Shown: positions 19,631-28,358, counted from the stretch's first letter. The stretch is 53,215 nucleotides of DNA from a virus (IMGVR_UViG_3300025769_000159:1-53215); one strand, 5' to 3'. Program-made: numbers and translations. Notes: generated by a model from the sequence alone, not told the origin.

Positions 19631-20144
19631 GGCTAATGAACCTGGTAGAACTACAAAGGGTTATGGTAGAGGTTTGGCAGAGTTAATGGAAGGTAAAGAA
19701 CAAGTAGAGCCAAAGAAAATGTACAGAACTCCAACTGCGATGGACAAGGGGGACAACAGTTTTAAATACGCAGCTAAAATATTAAAAGGTAAATTAAACA
19801 GATCTGAGTCTAAACAACCTGTACAGAAAACATTATCTATGGATGTAGCGATGGAACACTTAAAAGATAATCAACATCTTATAAATGAATACGATGAAAA
19901 ATTTAAAACAAGGCCACACTTACCTCCTAAAGATATTTTTTTAGAATATTTACGAAATAACTTAGACAAGAAAAAGTTAGTTGAAGATGATATAATTAAG
20001 AAGACTACTATTGATCATTGGTTAAGATCAGATCATTGTTTTGCTTATCCAACTGTAGAATATTGGAACATGATTAAACCTTATTTAAAAGAAATAAGGT
20101 TTGATAAAGAAATGACTACTGAAATAGAGAGTGATTGGGAATGA
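18543..20144 (+). CDS. C5 methyltransferase beta subunit in the +1 frame (motif IX plus repeated TRD-like modules)
   Basis: 533-aa overlapping ORF with a GAGGAGG RBS, LNPTFVEFLMGFP motif IX and seven (W/Y)-x-T-P units. Confidence 0.8.
   Translation: MSKEKNTKQMSLLEDFPANPSASQVNKKEQTTTAISGQKCLDSLGRSNPNSLLGRMCKDLLTSKTAWYSDRCKTNWKVKVSKSNVSLFQLQASVLGTKDTESGLWATPNTMDYLPPRSAAGTKKIMEGHRKGRTRPSNLREQVDPETMKMYPTPKERDYKGGEGKRVIETQKGYAKIRKGTGTRFGASLNDVVEYQEKKMYPTPTQDSASERTKKYKQGGTPLPLAVKMYPTPTASDIEGGAAKDVQIKDGHFFRENKKGERWGVKLRDAMEMYPTPTARDHKDMGYQPTWKPSRDKSVPRTVLKNNKPGGKLNPTFVEFLMGFPMNWTKTEPTESKPSVTQSSHKSQESSDSQSKKFYPTPRANEPGRTTKGYGRGLAELMEGKEQVEPKKMYRTPTAMDKGDNSFKYAAKILKGKLNRSESKQPVQKTLSMDVAMEHLKDNQHLINEYDEKFKTRPHLPPKDIFLEYLRNNLDKKKLVEDDIIKKTTIDHWLRSDHCFAYPTVEYWNMIKPYLKEIRFDKEMTTEIESDWE
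18852..19860 (+). repeat. Dispersed direct repeats ATGTATCCAAC(A/T)CC starting the TRD-like units
   Basis: Copies at 18990, 19140, 19227 and 19359; degenerate copies near 18855, 19614 and 19719. Confidence 0.85.
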
Positions 20145-21982
20145 AGATATTATTTAAACCTCAAACAGAGTGGTTACCACCTGAAGAGTTCAAAGATCTA
20201 TCTAGTTACGATGAGATAGCAATTGACTTAGAAACAAAAGACCCAAGTTTAAAAGATATGGGGTCAGGATCTATAACTGGTAAAGCAAAGATAGTTGGTA
20301 TAGCTTTAGCAGTTGAGGGTTGGTCAGCATATTATCCAATAGATCACGAAGGTGGGGGTAATATGGATAAGAAAAAAGTAATGAATTACTTTAGAACCGT
20401 TCTAAACTATCCTTCAACTAAGATATTTCACAATGCTATGTACGATGTATGCTTTATTAGGGCTGCAGGGCTAAAAATTAATGGAAAGATTGTAGATACC
20501 ATGATTGCTGGCTCTCTCGTGGACGAGAATCGCTTTCGATACGATTTAGGTAGTTTGGGTCGTGATTATGTCGGAATCGGCAAAAATGAGGCTGTATTGA
20601 AGGAAACTGCGAAGGAATGGGGCATAGATCCTAAGTCTGAGATGTACAAGCTACCTGCAATGTATGTTGGTGAGTATGCCGAACAAGATGCGGTATTAAC
20701 TTTAAAATTATGGCAAGAAATGAAGAAAGAAATATTAATAGAAGAGATTTCTTCTATCTTTGAATTAGAGACTGAACTTTTTCCTTGCCTCGTTGATATG
20801 CGTTTCTTAGGAGTTCGTGTAGATGTTGAAGGAGCTCATGCATTGAAACAAAAATTAGTTCAAGTAGAAAAAGAATGCTTGCAACAAGTGAAGAAAGCAA
20901 CAGGAATAGACACACAAATATGGGCTGCAAGATCCATTGAGAAAGTTTTTCAAAAACTATCTTTAGATTACGAACGAACACAGAAAACAGATTCACCATC
21001 ATTTACCAAAAACTTTCTACAAAATCACGAACATCCAATTGTTAAACAAATAGCACGTGCTAGAGAAATAAACAAAGCACACACAACTTTTATTGATACC
21101 ATATTAAAACACTCACATAAAGGTAGAATACACGCTGACATAAATCAATTGCGTTCAGATAATGGCGGAACTGTGACGGGTAGATTCTCGTACTCTAATC
21201 CAAACTTACAGCAAATTCCAGCACGTAACAAGGATCTTGGACCAATGATCAGATCTCTATTTATACCTGAAGAAGGACACACTTGGGGTTGCTTTGATTA
21301 CTCACAACAAGAACCAAGGCTTGTAGTTCATTATGCAGCATTAGATAATTTATATGGAGTAAGTGATGTAATCGAAGCATATAAAGATGGTGAAGCTGAC
21401 TTTCATCAGATCGTAGCTGAAATGGCAGACATACCAAGATCTCAAGCTAAAACAATTAATCTTGGGTTGTTCTATGGTATGGGTAAAAATAAATTACAAG
21501 CAGAATTAGGTATTAATGAAGACAAAGCTAAAGATTTATTTAAACAATATCATAACAGAGTTCCTTTTGTAAAAACCTTAATGGATAGTGTTATGCGTAA
21601 AGCAGCGGATAATGGTAGAATAAGAACTTGGTTAGGCCGTAGATGTAGATTTAATTTATGGGAACCGAATCAATATGGTATACACAAAGCCTTGCCTCAT
21701 GATGCAGCGTTGGCGGAACACGGACCAGGGATCAGAAGAGCTTACACTTACAAAGCATTAAATAAATTAATACAAGGATCAGCTGCTGATATGACTAAAA
21801 AGGCTATGGTAGAATTGCATAAGGAGGGTATCATACCACATATACAAGTACATGATGAACTTGATATATCTGTTAAAGGTAATGCAGATAAGATAAAAGA
21901 AATTATGGAGTCTGCGGTTGAATTAGAAGTGCCCAATAAGGTGGACTATGAATCAGGTTCAAATTGGGGTAATATTAAATGA
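20135..21982 (+). CDS. polA: Family A DNA polymerase (3'-5' exonuclease plus polymerase; no 5'-3' exonuclease)
   Basis: DLET, HNAMYD, TGRFS..PNLQQIP, DYSQQEPR, KTINLGLFYGMG, IQGSAAD and VHDE motifs. Confidence 0.97.
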   Translation: MGMKILFKPQTEWLPPEEFKDLSSYDEIAIDLETKDPSLKDMGSGSITGKAKIVGIALAVEGWSAYYPIDHEGGGNMDKKKVMNYFRTVLNYPSTKIFHNAMYDVCFIRAAGLKINGKIVDTMIAGSLVDENRFRYDLGSLGRDYVGIGKNEAVLKETAKEWGIDPKSEMYKLPAMYVGEYAEQDAVLTLKLWQEMKKEILIEEISSIFELETELFPCLVDMRFLGVRVDVEGAHALKQKLVQVEKECLQQVKKATGIDTQIWAARSIEKVFQKLSLDYERTQKTDSPSFTKNFLQNHEHPIVKQIARAREINKAHTTFIDTILKHSHKGRIHADINQLRSDNGGTVTGRFSYSNPNLQQIPARNKDLGPMIRSLFIPEEGHTWGCFDYSQQEPRLVVHYAALDNLYGVSDVIEAYKDGEADFHQIVAEMADIPRSQAKTINLGLFYGMGKNKLQAELGINEDKAKDLFKQYHNRVPFVKTLMDSVMRKAADNGRIRTWLGRRCRFNLWEPNQYGIHKALPHDAALAEHGPGIRRAYTYKALNKLIQGSAADMTKKAMVELHKEGIIPHIQVHDELDISVKGNADKIKEIMESAVELEVPNKVDYESGSNWGNIK

Positions 21983-21991
21983 GGATAAATT

Positions 21992-22642
21992 ATGGCTTAC
22001 TTAAATGCAAATATACCACCAACTTATGCACAAATAAGAAAGGAGTATCTTTATGATCTTAAAAAAGGTTTTGGAGAAGTTAGTGACTGTATTATCTTTG
22101 GTCTTAGCGCTCTTACAGGTAGGGCTATATTATTTCATGCTATTATGGAAAACGGTGCAATATTTTATCGCCTCCCTATTAGCGCGTTTATTCAACAGGG
22201 ATTTGATGCATCCAGAGTGCCCACAAAAAGACTTGATGAACTACAGCTCTGGAATTGTTTTAGTTATTATCCTTCTGTCCATCGTTGGGATATTTTAGAT
22301 GGACAAGCTGGTAAATATATAGGTAAAGATAAAAAATGGCATCCAGGTAAATATTTATTTACCGTTGACTTTGCACATCCAGAGAGTAATATATTAGACA
22401 CTGATCATTCGGAGATCCCGCACGAGCATAAGTGCGCTCACATAATTGCATTAGACGACGGCAATTTTGCAGCACAACCTAACAATAGATGTATATGGGA
22501 CATACCTTCTTTTACTGTAAAAGATGATATTCCTGATTGGAAAGTGCAGACTTCTGAATGGAATGTTGAAGATAGTAGGGCTTGGCGAACTGAAGACACC
22601 GACAAGTTCTTCTATGAAATCGAGGAGAAAAAAAATGATTAA
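21992..22642 (+). CDS. Conserved phage hypothetical protein
   Basis: 216 aa with GAGG RBS; LQLWNCFSY, HEHKCAH and QPNNR motifs. Confidence 0.75.
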   Translation: MAYLNANIPPTYAQIRKEYLYDLKKGFGEVSDCIIFGLSALTGRAILFHAIMENGAIFYRLPISAFIQQGFDASRVPTKRLDELQLWNCFSYYPSVHRWDILDGQAGKYIGKDKKWHPGKYLFTVDFAHPESNILDTDHSEIPHEHKCAHIIALDDGNFAAQPNNRCIWDIPSFTVKDDIPDWKVQTSEWNVEDSRAWRTEDTDKFFYEIEEKKND

Positions 22643-22736
22643 TAAAATAAAAGATAAGGCTATGCATTACTGGTTAAATCACAAGGTTGAAAGCATTGTG
22701 TTTATAGTTTTAATAGTAGCTTTAATTATAAAATAA
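22635..22736 (+). CDS. Small membrane peptide (33 aa)
   Basis: ATG 22635 after GAGGAG; C-terminal TM segment. Confidence 0.55.
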   Translation: MINKIKDKAMHYWLNHKVESIVFIVLIVALIIK

Positions 22737-23047
22737 TGAATTTAGTAGATTTATTAAAAAAAAATATAGTAATGGTTCCAGTTGTAGCTTCGGTTATAGT
22801 TGGAACTTTTACTGGTGTACGTTATATTGTAAATCTTACAGATACTATTAATCAAAACGAATTAAGACTAACTAATCTTGAAAGAGATGTTGGTCAATTA
22901 GAAAAAAACATTACAGATATTAATACAAGATTATCTTCTGCGGAAGCTACATGGCAAATGGCAGAAAATTTATATAGAACTTTAGCTGATCAAGTTAGAG
23001 AACACACTTATGATATTAAAGATTTAAACAGAGAGATAAACTATTAA
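22736..23047 (+). CDS. TM plus coiled-coil protein
   Basis: N-terminal TM followed by a heptad pattern. Confidence 0.65.
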   Translation: MNLVDLLKKNIVMVPVVASVIVGTFTGVRYIVNLTDTINQNELRLTNLERDVGQLEKNITDINTRLSSAEATWQMAENLYRTLADQVREHTYDIKDLNREINY

Positions 23048-23056
23048 GGATGAACC

Positions 23057-23665
23057 ATGGAGATTGCCAGGATGAATTACTACTTTACAGGTATGTTAAT
23101 TATAATGCTAACTCTATTAGCATTTTGTGCTAGTCCAGCATATTCTAGAAATGACTATCTAAATAATGGTACTAATACTTGTAGCACTGGTGATCTTAGC
23201 ATATCAATCGATCAAAGAGACTCGGAGTCTAGGTATAGACACAATAATCCTGACAATAATTATAATAGCCCTAGCGATGATAGGTCATTACGTTTAACTT
23301 GGAGACACTATTTAGGTTCAGCCTGCACCGATGAATTTAAAGCTGTTCAACAAGAAAACATGGAACTAAAACAGCAGCTAGAACTCATGAAAATGTGCGG
23401 AAAAGTCAATAAAAACCCCACTTTAAAGTACAATCCAAACTTCCATTTGCTGGTTATGAAATGCTCTGGTATAGTGATTAATGATGAAAATCAGGAAAGA
23501 CCCGATGGTAGTGCTTGGGACGATTTAAGAGATGAATATCAAAACCTACCTGAACACAAGGATAAAAAATTTATGGGCACAAAAGATATAATGAAGGATA
23601 GCACTTTGAAAATGCCACCAAAAGATTATATATTGCCTTTACCAAAACCAAAAATAAATGAGTAA
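23057..23665 (+). CDS. Secreted/periplasmic hypothetical protein
   Basis: Signal-peptide-like N-terminus (LLAFCASPAYS) and several Cys. Confidence 0.6.
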   Translation: MEIARMNYYFTGMLIIMLTLLAFCASPAYSRNDYLNNGTNTCSTGDLSISIDQRDSESRYRHNNPDNNYNSPSDDRSLRLTWRHYLGSACTDEFKAVQQENMELKQQLELMKMCGKVNKNPTLKYNPNFHLLVMKCSGIVINDENQERPDGSAWDDLRDEYQNLPEHKDKKFMGTKDIMKDSTLKMPPKDYILPLPKPKINE

Positions 23666-24038
23666 TAAACCTTTAAATATCGGAGAAGAAGCACGGGTGC
23701 AGATGCCGATGAAGACGGTAGCTAGCCTAATCGTGCTCGTAGCAATGGGCGTGTTCGCATACACAGAGTTGACTGCAAGGTTGGTATCGTTAGAGACATC
23801 ACGTGAGTTGTTTGAAAATGATTTACTTAAAAAATCAGAACAAGTGCCCACGGATCAAGAACAACATTTTTTAATAGAGGATTTATATAAATCCGTAGAG
23901 AAAATGGAACAGACTCAAGAGATGAACATGACAAACAAAGTTAATATAGAATTTTTAAGAGAACAATTGGATAAAGCTTTAGCTGATATCGAAGTATTAA
24001 AAGATAAGGTAAGACAAAATGGCAACGGGACGCATTAA
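23658..24038 (+). CDS. TM plus coiled-coil protein
   Basis: TM segment VASLIVLVAMGVFAY followed by coiled coil. Confidence 0.65.
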   Translation: MSNKPLNIGEEARVQMPMKTVASLIVLVAMGVFAYTELTARLVSLETSRELFENDLLKKSEQVPTDQEQHFLIEDLYKSVEKMEQTQEMNMTNKVNIEFLREQLDKALADIEVLKDKVRQNGNGTH

Positions 24039-24189
24039 TAGAAAAGTTTTAGATCATATTGCACAGATAAACAAAGAGAATAAAGAAATAAGTTTATCAA
24101 AAAATTTAAAAAAAGAAGTTGAAACTGGCAAGCATGGTACACAAAAATATGTTATCAAGCAAGGTATCAACAAAGGTAAGGTTTTATGA
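24019..24189 (+). CDS. Small basic hypothetical protein (56 aa)
   Basis: Read by hand; ATGA coupling to the next ORF. Confidence 0.55.
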   Translation: MATGRINRKVLDHIAQINKENKEISLSKNLKKEVETGKHGTQKYVIKQGINKGKVL

Positions 24190-24401
24190 CAGAGTTAATT
24201 ATCGCCCTTCTTATGATTGTTCATGGAGAGATCAAGGAACACAGAATACAAGAGTCTATGTCTGATTGTTTAAAAGGAAAAAGAATTGCTATGAGAACCA
24301 ATAAAAATAATAATATTCAATATCAGTGCATAAAGTCGATGGCTGAGTTAGAGTCGAACATAGATGGCAGCAAAAGCATCAAAAAACTCATCCTCGAATA
24401 A
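24186..24401 (+). CDS. Small Cys-containing hypothetical protein
   Basis: Hydrophobic N-terminus; MSDCLKGKR...YQC. Confidence 0.6.
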   Translation: MTELIIALLMIVHGEIKEHRIQESMSDCLKGKRIAMRTNKNNNIQYQCIKSMAELESNIDGSKSIKKLILE

Positions 24402-24510
24402 GGTGGCTAAAGAATTAAAAGATAGACGTTATCACCAACGTGTGATAAAAAATAAGAAAGCATATGACAGGAAAAAAATACACATGGAAGTTTACACCAG
24501 AGGTAGTTAA
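24364..24510 (+). CDS. Small basic protein (48 aa, NKVAKELKDRRYHQRV..KKAYDRK)
   Basis: Read by hand; fills the gap between two ORFs. Confidence 0.5.
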   Translation: MAAKASKNSSSNKVAKELKDRRYHQRVIKNKKAYDRKKIHMEVYTRGS

Positions 24511-24691
24511 TGGTGTTTGTCCTACTTGTGAAGAGGATACTTTATTGGTTTCGATAACTAGAGAATACTATAGATGTGTAACTTGTGGTACAGATTTAGA
24601 GCAGCATGTAAATGGTAAAATAATTTATTTACCATCCCTAGCGGGTAAAACAGTACAATCTCAAATTGATAAATTTTTAAAAGATGGCTAG
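24464..24691 (+). CDS. Zinc-ribbon protein
   Basis: CPTC...CVTC. Confidence 0.65.
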   Translation: MTGKKYTWKFTPEVVNGVCPTCEEDTLLVSITREYYRCVTCGTDLEQHVNGKIIYLPSLAGKTVQSQIDKFLKDG

Positions 24692-24818
24692 ACAAAGTTT
24701 TAAATTTTTTACACCTCGTGATAAACCTAAGAAAAGAGGGGCTCGCCAACACAAGAAAAACAAGAATAAAAGCGAGAAAAGACAACAAAAACAGCTTCGT
24801 TACAAAGGACAGGGTTGA
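24684..24818 (+). CDS. Small highly basic protein (44 aa, ...RYKGQG)
   Basis: Read by hand; K/R-rich. Confidence 0.6.
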   Translation: MARQSFKFFTPRDKPKKRGARQHKKNKNKSEKRQQKQLRYKGQG

Positions 24819-24843
24819 CATATATCACATAATCTCCTATAAA
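24815..24843 (+). promoter_or_regulatory. sigma70-type promoter
   Basis: TTGACA-17 nt-TATAAA, then AGGAG RBS and ATG 24869. Confidence 0.75.
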
Positions 24844-24868
24844 TTAAAATTATACAGGAGAAATAATT

Positions 24869-27325
24869 ATGCACGAATATGTAAAAGAATGGTGGGAGAG
24901 TAAAGTCTTTAAGGGACATGAGAAGAGTGAAGAGAACTTAAAAAAGTTTGAAGATCATTTTGGTAGTAGAGATACTTTTTCTAAAAGAATGGAAGAGAGA
25001 GATAACCTAAAAGATGGTCAAAACTTTGCTTTTATTTTACCTAAAGTTGGTAGGAAAAAATCACTACAAATGATTAACTTTATAGCCGAACAAACTAAAT
25101 TAAATAAAGAAAGAGGTGATGGACATATCATAAAAAATTTATGGGTGCCTGAAATAGTAAATGTTGACTACTCAGAATATGTTGATGAACCTATGTACAA
25201 AGGTGCTTTGTTTGCAAAACATTACAAAGATGGGATCCTTATTGTTAACCACCCTTTAAAAGGCAACGAAGGTTGTGCGTTTTTTGAAATAGCCGGGGTT
25301 GGAGATGAAAATACAACTCCCGCAGGTAAAAGTGTTTTTAATATATTTAAGGAATCATTTTCTAATTATGGTCAAATAGATTGGAACCATAAAAATTTTG
25401 ACGAGAAAGTTGTAGTATATGTAGTTCAACCTAAAGTATCTAAAAATACTGCAGCAAGACTTGTTTTTAAAAATAATAAAGCAATGGATAAATTGTTAAA
25501 ATATTTAAGAACAGCAAATTACAAAACACTTGTGTATAATCCACCAAAAGATTTTAAAGATTTTTTTATTAAAAGAACTAAGGACACAGAATTTATTGGT
25601 CTTCTTAAACTAAAAGATAATAAAGAAAAACCTATAAAAGATATTATTGTTGACGAGACTTCAAAAAAAGACTGTTTAAAAACTAGTTGTGCTGTTGAGA
25701 TTTTAGCTTTGTATAATGAGTATCATTGTACAAGCATAGATTCAAAATCTAGAAGAGAGGAACCTAAAAATCTTTTAGAAAAACCCTTGTTCTTTGACGA
25801 ATTAAGAAGATTAAATACCTTTGATAAAATTAAAAATTATTACATGCAAGAAATATTTAACCATGAAAAACATATAGATATTTTTGATATAGCAGGTGAG
25901 AAAGATGATTTAGCTTTCGAAAAAAGAATCACTACTTATTTGAAAAAAGTTATAGTTAAAGCTGCCTTACTATACTACTGCGTAAATGAAGGATTAACTC
26001 TTTGTGATGGTAGAGAAATAAAATACGATACTAAATCTAAAACAGATTGTTTATTATTTTGGTACAAAATAGAAGTCACAGAATTAATATTTAATGTTTT
26101 AAATGTAAACAACTTTCCTCTTTGTATGATTGATTCAACTATTGTTAATGATGCAAAGCCTAGTGATAAAATAGTTGTAGATCAATTAGATGTTACGGTG
26201 GACTATGATGGTTTTATGGAAGAAGCAAAAAAACACCAACGTTCGTTTGATTTTAAAAACAAACATATCATAGAAGAAGCTATGAATAGTTCATTGGGTT
26301 ATACAATGCCTTATGATGGTGTGTTTGAAATACTGCATGACATGGTGTTTAGTTTTATTAAGTTTAGAGAATATCAAGATTATATTACTATTGTTATATC
26401 AGATGATAATGAAAGATATTTCTTTGAAGTGTTTGATAAGAAAAAAAGAGATTTTAAATACTTTTTATGGAATAATTTAAAACTAAATGAGAACTATTCA
26501 GAAGATTGTATTCAAGATATTTACACAAAACTTGCAACATGTATCAGAGATGCAAAGGTATTGATTGAAAGAGATAGTACAATGCAATACAGAGGTAGAA
26601 AAACCCCAAGTAATTGTAAAACTGACTCTGTCTATCATATTTACTTTCCTAAAGTTAGATACAGAAGAAGCTCACATGCTGCACAGGTAAAAAAAGAAAA
26701 AGATTTTTTTGATGAAAGTAGAAAGTTTAGTGGCACAAGAAGAGCTCATATTAGACGTTTAGTAACGGATCAAAAACCATCTAAGAAACAATTACTGTTA
26801 GCTAAAAGATTAGATATATGGATACCTGATGGACATACATTTGTTAGAGAATCCGAATGGGGCAGCAACATGACGAAAAGAGAAATACGTTATAGAAACA
26901 CTGCTTTAAATGGTTTGTTTTATTATGACAGCAGAGAGTTAACAGAAGCTGAAAAGATAGATCAGTTGGGTCCACTTGGTTTTGAAGAATACTGTAGGGA
27001 TTATGTTAAAAAATTAGGTTATGAGGTTAAGACTTGTCAAAACTATGACGGAGGTATAGACATTAGGGCTATGAAAGTATTAGATAACTTAGATACAGAA
27101 TATCTAATGGTTCAATGTAAACATTGGAAGACACCTATACCACCTAATGAGATGAGGGCTTTCAAAACAGCTTGTGACGAAGAACAATCTAACTATAAAA
27201 AAATTAAAATGTTTATAACTTCATCTAGATTTAGTCCGTCAGCTAAGGAGTTGGCTAACAAACATGATATTATAATGGTAGATGGAGATAATTTGATATC
27301 AAGAAAGGAGAGTAATGGCAGCTAA
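24869..27325 (+). CDS. 818-aa protein with a C-terminal Mrr-like restriction endonuclease domain
   Basis: FEE...LGYEV...DGGIDI...VQCKHW...FITSSRFSPSAKELA...VDG, the Mrr catalytic PD-QxK pattern. Confidence 0.8.
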   Translation: MHEYVKEWWESKVFKGHEKSEENLKKFEDHFGSRDTFSKRMEERDNLKDGQNFAFILPKVGRKKSLQMINFIAEQTKLNKERGDGHIIKNLWVPEIVNVDYSEYVDEPMYKGALFAKHYKDGILIVNHPLKGNEGCAFFEIAGVGDENTTPAGKSVFNIFKESFSNYGQIDWNHKNFDEKVVVYVVQPKVSKNTAARLVFKNNKAMDKLLKYLRTANYKTLVYNPPKDFKDFFIKRTKDTEFIGLLKLKDNKEKPIKDIIVDETSKKDCLKTSCAVEILALYNEYHCTSIDSKSRREEPKNLLEKPLFFDELRRLNTFDKIKNYYMQEIFNHEKHIDIFDIAGEKDDLAFEKRITTYLKKVIVKAALLYYCVNEGLTLCDGREIKYDTKSKTDCLLFWYKIEVTELIFNVLNVNNFPLCMIDSTIVNDAKPSDKIVVDQLDVTVDYDGFMEEAKKHQRSFDFKNKHIIEEAMNSSLGYTMPYDGVFEILHDMVFSFIKFREYQDYITIVISDDNERYFFEVFDKKKRDFKYFLWNNLKLNENYSEDCIQDIYTKLATCIRDAKVLIERDSTMQYRGRKTPSNCKTDSVYHIYFPKVRYRRSSHAAQVKKEKDFFDESRKFSGTRRAHIRRLVTDQKPSKKQLLLAKRLDIWIPDGHTFVRESEWGSNMTKREIRYRNTALNGLFYYDSRELTEAEKIDQLGPLGFEEYCRDYVKKLGYEVKTCQNYDGGIDIRAMKVLDNLDTEYLMVQCKHWKTPIPPNEMRAFKTACDEEQSNYKKIKMFITSSRFSPSAKELANKHDIIMVDGDNLISRKESNGS

Positions 27326-27518
27326 AGAAAAGATAATAACTATCAAACCAAAAGGTGCAACACCCAAACAATACAGTGCATTTTTGTTAGAGTTAAATTT
27401 AATGAAGCGAGCTTGGAAACCATATGGTGTAGACTTACAAGTTAGTGCACCAGGTCTTAGAAATATTATAAGATGGGGAACGAATGCTTACTCAAAGCCA
27501 ATTAGACAAGATAGCTAA
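27315..27518 (+). CDS. Hypothetical protein
   Basis: AAGGAG RBS, 67 aa. Confidence 0.65.
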   Translation: MAAKEKIITIKPKGATPKQYSAFLLELNLMKRAWKPYGVDLQVSAPGLRNIIRWGTNAYSKPIRQDS

Positions 27519-27657
27519 TTTATATAACAAGACTAAAGAACCACGGTACAAGGACCAGTGGTACAAGGAAGTGAGAAAGAATTATGGATCTAATAATATT
27601 AAACGATGGAATGTATCAGTTGATAAGTGTTACAAAACAAATGATGGAAGGAATTGA
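27484..27657 (+). CDS. Hypothetical protein (57 aa, LDKIANLYNKTK..YKDQWYK)
   Basis: Read by hand; GGGGA upstream. Confidence 0.5.
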   Translation: MLTQSQLDKIANLYNKTKEPRYKDQWYKEVRKNYGSNNIKRWNVSVDKCYKTNDGRN

Positions 27658-27793
27658 AATCATATCTAAGGTTGATTGTTTTGATTTATGTGACATACTA
27701 CGATTACATTTAACCACGTATCATGAACCACCATTTAATGTTCATGTGATGAAGGATGGAACAGGTGATTTTATTGGCTGTATTTGTAAGTAG
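27584..27793 (+). CDS. Hypothetical Cys-containing protein
   Basis: DCFDLCDILR...GCIC. Confidence 0.6.
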   Translation: MDLIILNDGMYQLISVTKQMMEGIEIISKVDCFDLCDILRLHLTTYHEPPFNVHVMKDGTGDFIGCICK

Positions 27794-27869
27794 TCTTTTA
27801 CTACTACCCGCTATTATTATGTTTTGGATCTGGGATCAAGAAACACCTACCCTAAAGAGGGAAAAATAA
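27756..27869 (+). CDS. Small membrane peptide (37 aa)
   Basis: MEQVILLAVFVSSLLLLPAIIMFWIW..., read by hand. Confidence 0.45.
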   Translation: MEQVILLAVFVSSLLLLPAIIMFWIWDQETPTLKREK

Positions 27870-27909
27870 GGATAGGTGATGATGAGAAGATAAAACCTCA
27901 CTAACATAA

Positions 27910-28125
27910 TTAAATTACCCTGTCAACTTTACACGAAAATTTTGTATAGACTTCCATACTATTAACCCATTCTGGGTCAAGTTCTGTTAATATTTTATGC
28001 GAATAATCATAACCATAAACTATGCAGCTATGGTAATCTTCAAATAATTTTTCTTTAGTAGGTATAACTTTACATTCATTCTGTACTACCCCCGAACAAA
28101 AAACCATTAATAAAATAAATTTCAT
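27910..28125 (-). CDS. Small secreted Cys-rich protein
   Basis: MKFILLMVFCS...C...C...KFSC; likely start ATG 28125. Confidence 0.65.
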   Translation of the reverse strand: MKFILLMVFCSGVVQNECKVIPTKEKLFEDYHSCIVYGYDYSHKILTELDPEWVNSMEVYTKFSCKVDRVI

Positions 28126-28152
28126 TGACAATCCTACATTATAAACTATAAA
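28125..28152 (+). promoter_or_regulatory. sigma70-type promoter
   Basis: TTGACA-16 nt-TATAAA upstream of a GAAAGGA RBS. Confidence 0.6.
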
Positions 28153-28178
28153 TTATTTAATTATGAAAGGAAACAAGC

Positions 28179-28358
28179 ATGACAGACATGAATAAATATA
28201 AAAATGTTTCGCTTCAAAAAGAAACATACTCTATTTTAGAGAAGTTGTCTAAAGTATTACTGCCCGACGGCAAATTGTCTATATCAAAAACAATAGAAGT
28301 ATTAGCAAACAAGGAAGCGAGAAAATTAAATGGTAAAATTAAAACTAAATCGGATTAA
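28179..28358 (+). CDS. Small DNA-binding protein (ribbon-helix-helix-like), 59 aa
   Basis: Read by hand: YKNVSLQKETYSILEKL...LSISKTIEVL; AAAGGA RBS. Confidence 0.6.
   Translation: MTDMNKYKNVSLQKETYSILEKLSKVLLPDGKLSISKTIEVLANKEARKLNGKIKTKSD

Noticed and set aside
18371-20144. Methyltransferase as a frameshifted pseudogene or assembly error
   Set aside because: Both frames are open across the whole overlap, each holds essential motifs, and beta has its own RBS.
24718-24903. 61-aa ORF in the track
   Set aside because: It runs through the promoter and overlaps a better-supported basic ORF at 24684-24818.
27545-27569. GGTACAAGGA direct repeat
   Set aside because: Two short copies explained by the coding sequence (RYKD/WYKE).
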